Below, one piece after another: positions 53,601-64,000 of a DNA stretch of 64,000 nt. Origin of the DNA: Macrostomum lignano (taxonomy: Eukaryota); contig NIVC01002709.1 in the NCBI GenBank assembly GCA_002269645.1, positions 1 to 64,000 on the forward strand, written 5' to 3'. The notes beneath the pieces were generated by a model. That model worked only from the letters and a program-made list of their open reading frames with translations. It did no database searches and was not told the origin of the DNA. How positions within the stretch are numbered: the first letter of the stretch is position 1; each line of letters begins with the position of its first letter. Made by a program: the position numbers and the translations under genes.

Positions 53601-53871
53601 TATGCGCGCACTCGTGCATTTGCCATTATCATATAGACTAGCCAACAAGTGAGTCAAAATAATGGAAAGATAGTGACGCGCACGAGTGTCTATGGCGTTG
53701 TTGCACGCGCAAGCCGTGCTTCTATCACATTATCATATAGACTAGCCAACAGTGGCTATTCATTTTTGTCTATGGCAATTTGCAAAGAACAGGGTTGAGG
53801 GAGGCAAGGAATATCTTTCTCTCCACTACAGCGCGATATTTGTTCGTCTCAGTGTGCGTTCATTTGAAAAC

Positions 53872-55715
53872 ATGATTCATCTGTCTCAATTCCCGGACAA
53901 TTGCATAACCGGCTTGACTACGGCAGAAATCGAGAAGCATGTAGAGCTCATGGACAGAAATTCGTTGATCGAGCGGACGATGTTCGATGATGTGCCGCTC
54001 CTACCTACTCTGGAAGAACTGTTCAATCTGATTCCCTTGGTGGAGGGTGAAGACTCGGAATCAATTCCGGATGTTGGAGGTTCCACAACTGAACTGCAAG
54101 CGATTGTCGACAGACAGGACGAGGAGACCAAGGTCATCTCTACCGAAAAGCAAGAAGAATCGGCTATTGCCCGCTTCCAAGTATTTCTTCGAGAGTACAA
54201 ATTCGAAAGCTTTGAAGCTGGATCCTGCACTGAGGACGAGCTTGCGGAAAAGCTGAAGTTCTTCTATGCCACTCTTAGAAAGCAGGATGGGAGCTTCTAC
54301 GCACCGTCTAGTCTAATCTGCTTTCGAGCCGGCTTGTTTCGGTATTTCAGGCGTACCAGGGCCATTAACATTGAAGGTCATCATTGAAGGTGAAAAGTTT
54401 CATATTGCGAATTTAGCCTTGAAGGCCGTTTGTCGAATGTTCCTAAAAAATGGCGGTCGCATTCGGCATTACGAGGCGATGGAGAAGGACGATCTGAACA
54501 AACTGTGGACGTACTTCGACCGCTCAAATGGGACGAAGCTTCTACACGAGGTGTACTTCATTCTGCTCTATTACTATAGAGCAGATCTCTCGCCATCTCT
54601 CTCTATCTATTGCTCTATTTCTAATATTTTAAGCAAAACAAACTGTACAGCTGCGTGGCCTCGACATCATTGTGGATCCAGCTTTTCATGCGGCTAACCT
54701 GATGATCAAGTATGTCTGCAACGCTTTTTTGCAGAATGGTGGTCGGATCCGCCACTACGGGGCCATAGAGTCTGACGACTTGATCAAGCTTAGTGCATAC
54801 TTCGACAGGGCAACACCGTCGCGACTTCAGGAGGAGGTGTACTTCAATCTGCTATACTACTTTGGCAATCGGGGCAGAGAGTGGGTTCGTGGAATCACCA
54901 TGCAGTCGTTCAGCCAGGTAAAACTGGCCAATGGGTCGTTTGAAATCAAGCTGCAGGGCGGTACATCAAAGAATGTGCATGGTTCCACCGACATGAGGGA
55001 GTGCGACGACAACAAGGAAGCGATGATGGTGGCGACGTCAGTAGCTGCAAAATGTCCGGTTCGTGCTTTTCTGCTCTACAAAGCCAAGATCAACGATGTT
55101 CCCGGTTGGAACGGACGCGACGTTTTCCTGCGACCAAAGTCTCGAGTCGGTCCAGACGGTGTGTGGTACACAAAGCAACCAGTCGGCGTCCAAACTCTCG
55201 GGCCTCTACTGAAAAATATTTCTACCAATGCCCAGCTCTCCAGGGTGTACACCGCCCACTGCGTACGTCCGACGGTCGTTACCACTCTTCATGAATCCGG
55301 CTTTGCAATCGAAACAATCGCGAAGGCCACAGGTCATAAGGTCAGCGCATTTTTCGTCCTTATTCTGCTCTAATTTTGATTCATGTCATGCATGCAATAT
55401 GACTATCATTACCATATATTTTTTGTTTCGTAGTCGTCCACATCCGTGGAGCGCTACATCCGTCGCGGAAAAAAGAGAGAGACAATCGTCGCAGGCATGA
55501 GCGGGCAACTGACACGTGCCCTGACTGACAGCGACAACGTGCAGTTCGGTGGCAGAGAGACTGCTTTGGCACCGGTTTCTACTGGTAACCAGCCTGTCAT
55601 CACAACAATGTCAAGCGCCGGCGCATCCACTGTGACGGTTTCTACTGCCTTAACGAAGTGCATGAAGATCGTAGCCAACGGCGAACGCAACGTGGTGGAG
55701 TTTACATTTGAGTGA
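53872..55715 (+). mobile_element. Crypton (DUF3504/CryptonA-like) tyrosine recombinase with a 93-nt intron, a frameshift and an internal divergent duplication
   Basis: KFFYATLRKQDGSFYAPSSL; catalytic set R (GNRGRE), K (SKN), HCVR, TGHK|intron 55341-55433|SSTSVERY. Confidence 0.87.
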
Positions 55716-55892
55716 TATGTGATGCAGTCTACTACGCTCCAATATTGACTTCATGCTGACCTTAGCGTTACTTGTTTAAATTTATCGTCACTTTGCAATT
55801 TCATTCTTGTTCTACGTTTCACTATGTTTAAATACATTCGTTCCATGGGGTGCAGTGCACTGATTTTTGTGTAGCCACAAGTGAAATTTTTC

Positions 55893-56145
55893 CATAGACA
55901 AAAGCATTCCGGCACGCAAAGGCATGCGGGAATGGCATTCTTGCACGCTAGCGCGCACTCGTGCAGATGTCATTCCCGCACTCGTGACCGTGCAGGAATT
56001 CCATTGTCGGATGATTCATCGTGCAGGAATGCACAAAACCGTGCAGGAATGCATTTCTGCGCCTAATGCTTTTTCAGTGAGATTTTACCATAGACATCCA
56101 TTCCTGCACGCAAAAGAGTGCAAGAATGCCATTCTTGCATGGAAA
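55893..56145. repeat. Two tandem CATAGAC-initiated related segments with CATTCCTGCAC/GTGCAGGAATG subrepeats (MITE-like ends)
   Basis: CATAGAC...CATTCC.GCACGCAAA...GAATG.CATTCTTGCA at 55893 and 56089. Confidence 0.6.
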
Positions 56146-57025
56146 ATCAGCCGACAATGTGGTGCGAAAATTCCTCTTACCGCCCTAATTTTTGGATCTG
56201 CCATTTTAGGGTGCAATAGATTACGAGCGTTGTCTCGAGCGATCCAAGATCCGGTTTTTCATTTTTTATAACAGTTCGAATATAAATGGCGAAACAGATG
56301 CATATATCATTTTAGCAACAACCTACGCACTCGAAGAGCGCAAGTTCAAATTTAATGATAAAAAAGGCCATAGTAATGTTTAAATATAATAACAAATAAC
56401 AGAAACTCACTTTTAGCAGATCGTGGAAGACGCGATCCAACATTAAAAAACAAAAATCCTTCGCAAGCTGCAGATTTTCTGGATTTCACTTTGAGGCTGC
56501 TTGCTTGCTTATTGATCTGCTTGACTGCAAGCGAAACCCTCGTTTCAACGTTGTAATCAACCTATGTTTGTTTAAAATGATTTTAAAATGCACTGCAGGG
56601 CCAAGCCTATTTCATATAACTCTTATGGACAGAAGGTTATTAATTCAGTGCAAAGACAACGGGAACGAAATGCTTTTCACGCCTGCAGTGACTGTCTATG
56701 GTAAATCCTCTCGCTCGGTTTCTACAGCCCCTTTTAGGCTACATTTTTTCTCTAGAGAAGCACCCCGCCCAGTCTGTAGTCTCGCTGGAGGACCGGACCA
56801 TAGACTATAGACATTCTGCCAGCTGATACAGCATGAGGTCCGGTCCCAGGGCATGAGCAGTGTTTTTGTTGCGTTGAGCAGACGCAGTATGGCAATTTTT
56901 TTCAACAGTGAGAGGCATTCTGACGCTTGCTAGTTGGTACGCCGTGTAAGAAAAACTCTATACAGAATTTGAGCACATCCAGGGTCCAAGGGGAGTCGGC
57001 TGTGGCCTGCGCCTGATGTTTAGGT

Positions 57026-58979
57026 CATAGACATTTTTGTTCACTACCTCGTATTTAGACCATGGATGAATAAAAGGGGACGCTTTCATAAGACCTAAAT
57101 TTCACAACGCCTAAAACCACCACACTTCACAACGCCTAAATTTCATATCGCCTAAATTTCACAACGCCTAAAATCAAAAGTGCAGCCTCCTTCACATCGC
57201 CTAAATTTCATATCGCCTAAATTTCACAACGCCTAAAATCTTTGCTTCTCTCCTTCACATTCAGTTTTAGGTGTTGTGAAATTTAGGCGATATGAAGTTT
57301 AGGCGATATGAAAGAGCATGCAGATTTTTAGGCGTTGTGAAATTTAGGCGATATGAAATTTAGGCGTTGTGAAGGAGGCTGCATTTTCGATTTTAGGCGT
57401 TGTGAAATTTAGGCGTTATGAAATTTAGGCGTTGTGAAGTGTGGTGGTTTTAGGCGTTGTGAAATTTAGGTTTTATGAAAGCGTCCCCTCGCACCCATTG
57501 GCTATTGAAGATTTCTTAGTTGTCTATGGTAAAAAGGTTGTAAGATGCAGTGCTTATGCATAGAAAGTCTCCTATATAACAATGTTATAGCTAAGTGAAA
57601 TGTATCTTCGCATTAAATAGACAATGTTTATACTTGCTCTATAGTGTTATGATATGGAGAGAGACAATTCATGAGTATTTGTTTGTAAGTATTGTACGTT
57701 GAAGTACATTCTATTTGTTAAAATTAACAAATATAACAATAAACTCATTACAAGAACTAGAACTATGTAAGAATAGCTAAAATAATCGAATTCGGCCAGA
57801 AAAGAGATGAAAATTGAAGGCATGCATGAAAAAAATGTTTCAATTGAAGCAAAGAATGCGTAGATGAGATTTACAATTGACGGAAACTATTCATGAAATG
57901 TTTTAAAAGTACGATTGAAGCAAGAAATTCTTGCAATTAATTAACACTTGAGACAAAGTAATGAACAATTGAGATAAAGTAAATAACAATTGAAGCAAAG
58001 GATGCATGAAGGGAATTGAAGGCAAAGCATGGACAAGGGAAATTTCTTACTAAAAACACAAGCTTGAAAAATCAATAAATAGTTACGCATGACAGTTTTT
58101 CTCAGTAGTTTGGTTACTAGCCCATGAATAATATCTTCTTCGTGAGGATCTGCCGTACAGACACGGCCCTGCAAATGTTCAACCGTTTGCATTGATGAAA
58201 TATACGAACACTGATGTACTTCGAGCAGCACTCACGAATCCAGAAGTATTGGTGATTTTCATCTCTAGCCTGCTCACAACCAAGCTGGCTGTGCTGATGC
58301 TGTGCTGACGATGGATGCGCTGCTGCGAACCTCGAATCTGGCCCTCTAAAGGATAAAATTGATCGAATATAGAAGCTGTCATACTCCAGAAGCTATTTAA
58401 CGTCTGAATATCAAAACTGTTTCTCTGTTGCATCGCTTTCTGGATAGAATAAGGCTTCTTTTGTTTAAATCAGGTTTCAAGCTTCGTTTGCGAATGCGAG
58501 ATCTCCGTGTTGGTTCAACTGGGTCTTCAGCATCAAAGCGCTGCAGGATTGGAGGATCGGGACATTCGTATTTCGGAACCGCTCCCGGTCTCAATCTTTT
58601 TCTACTCTTACCAGGAGCTTGGCTACCCTGAGCCAAAGTAAGAAAATCTTCGTTCTTGAAATGGAGCTCACATAGGTACTTGCTAGATGTCCTCGATCTG
58701 TTTCAACGTTGTCGAGCCAAATAGCCAGCCTCTGTGCATGTTTGACAGGATATGCAAATAAAGACAGGCCATCGCAGTTGTACTATGAATCAGCACTGCA
58801 GCTTACAACGTTTTTACCATAGACAACTAAGAAATCTTCAATAGCCAATGGGTGCGAACGGGGGCTTCGCGAGGCAAAATTGCACCCCTAAATTTAAGGC
58901 AGACGAGCAATCCATGCTTTTATTCATCCATGATTCAGACGTCTTGTATCTTGTCGCGAGATTTACAAACCGGTCTATG
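57026..58979 (-). mobile_element. P-superfamily-like element with long degenerate inverted arms and a decayed THAP domain (Galileo-like)
   Basis: CATAGAC (57026) and GTCTATG (58979) ends; 46-bp perfect inverted match 57489-57534 / 58811-58856 extending with mismatches; THAP LSLFAYP...RLAIW...LCELHF...RLRPGAVP at about 58790-58570. Confidence 0.62.
57076..57488. mobile_element. Foldback element with internally repetitive arms (AAATTTCACAACGCCT motif)
   Basis: TIR GGGGACGCTTTCATAA...TTATGAAAGCGTCCCC; the whole 413 bp is near-palindromic. Confidence 0.85.
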
Positions 58980-59546
58980 AAACGAAAACAAGTCGCACTT
59001 ATAGCTTTTTTTTCAGATGGAGAGACCCATGAAGTCGATATATTGTAGGTAAATCACCGGTCGATCAGTTTGTAAATAATTTATTTTAATATAGCCACTA
59101 CATTTTAAGAGGCTTACTGGCCAAAATTCTTATTGAAGATTGTCAACTTCTTGTAGGATTTTGTTCTAAAGTCTGTTACATGTAGAACGCAACACGCTCT
59201 CAAACGAGCTTCCCAACGTTGAATTTATGACTTTTGGCGGCGTCGCTTTGCTATGAGTATTTTCCCAGTATAAATCTAGAGAATGTTATACAACACAATA
59301 TAGCAAAAGCTTAAGGTAAACACCAACAATAAAAGTCGAGTTTGTTTTAGATATTTGGTCCTCAGATTTATTTTGCAAACAGCCATGATCAACAGGCTAG
59401 CGTCGTTTGTCAATTGAGAACATATGTCACTTGTCATAATCATCTTCTTCCTTTCCATCGTCATCGGCATCCTCATCGTCATCCTTGTCGGTGTCCCGGT
59501 CGTATTTGTCGTCCTTGTCATCCTTGTCGTCCTTGTCGTCCTTATC

Positions 59547-62283
59547 CATTCCATTTAGGCTTTTCACCTTCACTGAGGGTATGCCTCACCCCACGATGCT
59601 AGAAGTCGTCGATGTCGCAATTTCTTCTGTGTCTAGCCATGTTTGTCGCCGCCAGCATTCTTTTGCAACCCGGACATTCTTTCCATTTCCTCTTGTAGAC
59701 TCTCACGGTGTTGCTGATGTTAGGTTCTCCTGTGTTGTCATGTGAGCAACTGCGTCTGTGTCTTGCGATGTTTTTCCGGTGTATTCTGGCGCCACATCTT
59801 CCGCATACTCTCATCTCTCCTTCTGTTCTGTCAATTCCATTACATGCTTTTCTGTGGTTTTTGAGTGTGTTCTCGCTCTTGAAAGTGGTGGTGCATATAT
59901 CGCATTTAAACGTGACTTTCTGCTCTCGATGCATTCTCTTCATGTGGATTGCGAGACCGCCTCGGGATTTACATCTTTTGCCGCATCCAGGCCAGTCACA
60001 GATAATCTCCTTGCTGGTTACTGTTTTCTCGTTCCTTTCCAGTGTTTGTTCTCCGCTGTGTCGATGACCTCTCCTTTTCTCAAACTCTTCCAGGTGTTTC
60101 ATTCTCTTCATGATGGTCTCCTTCCATTTCTTTCTGTCTCTTGTTTCCTCTTTGATCCTTGTCCAGTCGATGTTTGCTTCCTTTAGTAGTTTCTTCCAGT
60201 AAAAGAGGGTCTTCTTTTTCTTGCCTCGGCATTTCTTGATTTGTTCGAGATCTTTGAGCCATCCTAGCGTTGCAATTTTTACCATTCTGGTGTTTTCCAA
60301 GCGCATTATGTGACCGATCCTTTCGAGGGTCCTTTTTTCAATTTTCCACCTAATAGATTTGATCTCCAATTCGTTTCTTATATCTTGCATGTTGACTCGT
60401 TCTGAAGCGACTTAATTTCGTTGGTCGACCAAGGCCTTGTATTGCAGTCGAAGAGTAAGCCACTCTCAACGCAAGTTTCCACAATTTTTGCCTGCTTCTT
60501 TTTGCTGATTCGACTTTTTTTCAGTTGGATCTTAACTTTTCCCCATAGACTGCCTGCTCTTCGTTTTCGGTTGGTTACACCATGTTTTGATTCTATCCAG
60601 CAGCCGAGGAAACGGGTTTCTGCTTGGTTCGTTCTTCCAAAGATGACTCTCTCTTCTTTGTCGTCGTTCATTTTTTCTTCGAACCTCTCCATTGAGGATT
60701 TGATCGTTGTTATGCCCTCTTCCATTTCCTTTGTTGGGCCAAAGATCGTTGTGTCATCCGCGAATAGGATGGACGACATAGATTCTTCGACCAGTTCACT
60801 GTTGTTGGCGTGTCTGGATGTGTCGCCTGGTAGGCCCCCATCTGGTATCCAATGCCATTTGATGCCTGCCGTCTGTCCTTTCTCTTGTGCAGCTGTCTTT
60901 CTTTCCTTTTCCGCTTGTTGCATCACTGTTTGGTGGAAGATGTTGAAGAGTATTGGGGATGTTGGGCATCCTTCCCTGAGGCCTCTTTCCGGATGCCAGC
61001 TTTCGCTGTCTTCTTCTTTTCCTCGGATGCAGTACTCCGTTGTTTCGTGTAGATTACATATTGTTTGGTGGACGCGTCCTTTAAGACCCAGTATACTTAG
61101 TATTCTCCACAGTGCCGGCTTGTTGACGCGTGGGTACGCCTTTTTTAGGTCAAGTAGTCTCGCTTCTGGGTCTGCTTCTGTCTCTGGCTGCGTTCCTATT
61201 TGAGTTCTTCTTTTTCGTAGGTCTTCCATATCTTCTTGGATGCGTATCATGATCTGGGTTGCATCTGCTGTTGATCTGTTCTGACGGAATCCATTTTGGT
61301 TTTCACTCAGTATTTTAAGTTTCTGTGTCCATGTTCTCAGCCGTGTGGCGAGTACTCTCGCCAGAATGCGGCTACCCATTGCAAGCAGACATACCCCTCT
61401 GTAGTTGTTCGGGTTGTTGATGTCGCCCTTCTTGTGGAGTGGGATGATTTGTCCAATTTTCAGGCTTTCACTCCATTTCTCTGTTTTGTATTTGAACATC
61501 TGTTGTACCACTTTGATTATTTCGTTTCTTGTGGCTTCGTCTGCTTCCTTAATATAACAAATTCTGACACCGTCTTTGTTAGGTGCAGATTCTCTTATTT
61601 CCTTTGTCGCTTGTAGTATCTCTGCTTCCGTTAGTTCTTCGTTCATTTCATTGTTTGCCTCCTTTGCTTCTTTGTTCCTCCACTACTCTGAAAAGTTCTT
61701 CACTGTTAAGTTCAAAACGATCTTTAGAGACTTTCTCAAAATGTTCTTTGAATTCTTCGGTGGTGATTGTAGTTTCAGTTCTAGGTTTACTCGACCTTTG
61801 TCCTAGCCGTCTAAGCGCTTTGTACACTCCACGGAGATTCCGCGGATGCTTGCTTCTACACTCATCTCGATTATCTCGTCCCACCATTCTTCTTCGAGTT
61901 CTTTAAGCCTGTTCTTCATGTCTTTCCTTGCCGTTCTTAAGTCCTCTGCGGCAGTTTGCATCCTTCTGTGTCCATTTCTTCTTGCTCTGTCCGAATCTGC
62001 TTCGTTTAAACATATCGCCGCTCTGTTTCTGTCTTGGACTCTAGCGTCAATGTTTTCATGTAGTCTTGTTAATTCTTCTTCGTGTCCGATTAACCACGGG
62101 TTTGGGGCGGTCTTCTTGTTTGTGCCACACACCTCTTTGGCGGCTTCGTTAAGTATCTTGGAGAGTGTGTCCCAGTCTTTCATTTTTTCTTTCTCCGTAT
62201 CTGCTACCCCTTCATTCTTCATTTCTTCCAGTGTCCTTTGAAGTTTCTCTTCTGTGAGAGCTCTAAACTTTTTAGAAAAGAAA
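59547..62283 (-). mobile_element. RTE-like non-LTR retrotransposon, 5'-truncated (no APE domain), RT plus four C-terminal zinc fingers, frameshifted; 36-bp TSD
   Basis: NYRGVCLL, NQNGFR, LDLKKAYPRV, GLREGCPTSP, LFADD, FLG; C2H2 and C2HC fingers; identical flanks at 59511-59546 and 62284-62319. Confidence 0.9.
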
Positions 62284-62406
62284 GTCCTTGTCATCCTTGT
62301 CGTCCTTGTCGTCCTTATCTTACTCTTCGTCTTCCTCTTCATCATCATCATCCTTATCGGCGTCCCTTTTGTCCTTGTCATCCTTGTCGTCCTTGTCGTC
62401 CTTATC

Positions 62407-62648
62407 TTCTTCTTCTTCTTCCCTTTTTCGCCTTATGTGGCATGGGCAGTCGTTAGGGGCGTGGTCCGTCGTTAGCAGTCCTTGCAGATGCGTTGGTGGC
62501 GTGCCATGTTCGTTGCTGCTAGCGTACGCCCACATCCTTCGCATTGCTTTGTTTTCGCGCGGTATTTTCTCTCACCTCCCGGGGACCGTGTCTCTTCCCG
62601 CGTTGTACCGCAGCTCTTGCGGTGTCTCGCTAGATTTGACTTTGATAT
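62407..62648 (-). mobile_element. 3' tip of a second, related LINE (terminal zinc finger plus 3' UTR plus (GAA)n tail)
   Basis: The minus strand reads CEGCGRTLAATNMARHQRICKDC*, homologous to CPGCKRMLAATNMARHRRNC in the first LINE. Confidence 0.82.
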
Positions 62649-64000
62649 TTGTCATCCTTGTCGTCCCTGTCGTCCTCATCGAGCTCATCATCGTCTTTGT
62701 CATCCTCCTCTTTATCATCATCCTTGTCTGCATCCCTGTCGCTTTTGTCGTCTTCATCGACGTCCTTATCGTCGTCAGCCACATCAGAACCGGTGCCGGC
62801 GGACCGCATCAGTGGAGAATCGTCAGCGTCGCGCTTAGAACTCAAGTCGGTCTCCGGCCTCTGACCTCGCGGCATCTGAAAATTTTTATTGGCAAAGTTA
62901 ATTATCAAAGGGATAATATCATAATAATTCGTTTTCTCCAACGCTTCAGATGATGATGGTGCCGATATGAAGAAAACTTACCGCTGCAGCAGCTGCGATG
63001 ACCAGAAACAGCAAAAAGATGAGCCTCATGTTGCGCTAATAAGATGTCTGTAAGTTTTTAACTGTTATTGTTACAGTCGAAGGTTGACTATAGATTTTAT
63101 CTCCCCACTTGAGATTTGAGACATTTTTATATTCCCGAAGTCGGCCTACCGCAGCTTTTCCACCTGTATTGAACTCAAACAATGAATGCAAATTTTTCGA
63201 TTAATAAATATTTTTTCCCATGGCAATTTTTTTTATTTAGTAGCCATAAAGCGAAAAGTGCGCAAATCTTCTAGAAGTCTAGAACTCTTCGTTTACTTAC
63301 TTAATTAATTTCCAGCTTAATCACCTGTCCTTTTAAAAATTCAGAAAAATGGCTCGATATCTGCTCAAATCGCAGATAGGCAAACATTGAATTTAACTCT
63401 TTTGGGAAGCCATTTGCTTAGTATTGTCAAAATTTTAATTTTATTCAAGATTTTCGTCCTGCTGGTTTCTGGAAGCCGCGGCCTGGCAGCTTCGCAGCAA
63501 TAACTAGATTTACATGTAGATTCCGTAGCTGTTACAAATGAAAGTCTAAAACGTTTTGAGCAGTGATTAAAGCTTGCGGATTCCTGGCTCGGAAAAAACC
63601 GAGAATATTCGGCTGCTTTTAGACGATATCGATTCAAAGACCCCGATGACACTAACTCTGCAAGGTAGACCTCTGGAGAGACAACTAAAGGGGTTTTTGT
63701 TTGGACCACTGTAGTGTATATGAGTAACAGGACGTATAAAACTCATGCAAAGATCGCGCAATTTTGGAGGCCAATTTCCTGTAAAAAATACACTGCGAAG
63801 ATAGAAAAAATCTTTTTTCATCACAAAATCTATGATTGCATTTGATCTGGGCAGTGAAGATTACCATTATTTTAATTAGCATGCACAGCGTGTTAGTCTG
63901 TTATATTTTATATGTAGCTGTAGTAGAACTTTTTCGCACACTTCAGTTTTAGGTAAAGTAGTTCCCTTAATGAAAAGTAAATAAACGAAAGAAAGAATCA

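Larger units (their letters stand above)
59414..62874 (-). pseudogene. Asp/Glu/Lys-rich repetitive coding exon disrupted by two LINE insertions
   Basis: Acceptor-like TTTTCAG|ATG near 62874, then MPRGQRPE...DDDKDVDEDDKSDRDADKDDD; similar units resume at 62406-62284 and 59546-59420. The product is unknown. Confidence 0.45.

Noticed and set aside
59095-63340. Possible Kolobok-type ends (TTAAGAGG near 59105; TCACCTGTCCTTTTAA near 63320-63336) enclosing the acidic ORF
   Set aside because: The two ends do not match as TIRs and no Kolobok transposase is visible, so support is too weak.

Overview
Eukaryotic, intron-rich invertebrate genomic DNA. The innexin, GC-rich exons and minisatellite-filled introns suggest a free-living flatworm such as Macrostomum, but that assignment is inference only. 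The window has two compartments. (1) 1-33.4 kb holds five spliced genes reconstructed by hand with frame-consistent GT-AG junctions: a TNF-family ligand (+), a SUR1/CSH1-like GT32 glycosyltransferase (-), an innexin (-) head-to-head with a divergent Mab-21/cGAS-like-receptor-fold gene (+), and nicalin (-). Almost every large intron and spacer carries its own tandem repeat. (2) About 35.7-64 kb is a nest of mostly decayed mobile elements: Merlin (TIR plus 8-bp TSD), hAT, three Crypton-type tyrosine-recombinase segments, IS630/Tc1, THAP/P, two unrelated Ty3/Gypsy halves, two PIF/Harbinger, foldbacks and two RTE-like LINE insertions. Best leads: two LINE insertions at the same 36-bp Asp/Lys-coding motif (possible sequence-specific LINE); an 8-mer CCATAGAC found 19 times at TE ends and ORF starts; the innexin/cGLR-like divergent pair next to a TNF gene with kappaB-like sites; and a chimeric intron-containing Crypton. 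No rRNA, tRNA or CRISPR array was supported. All family calls come from motif recognition without database searches.
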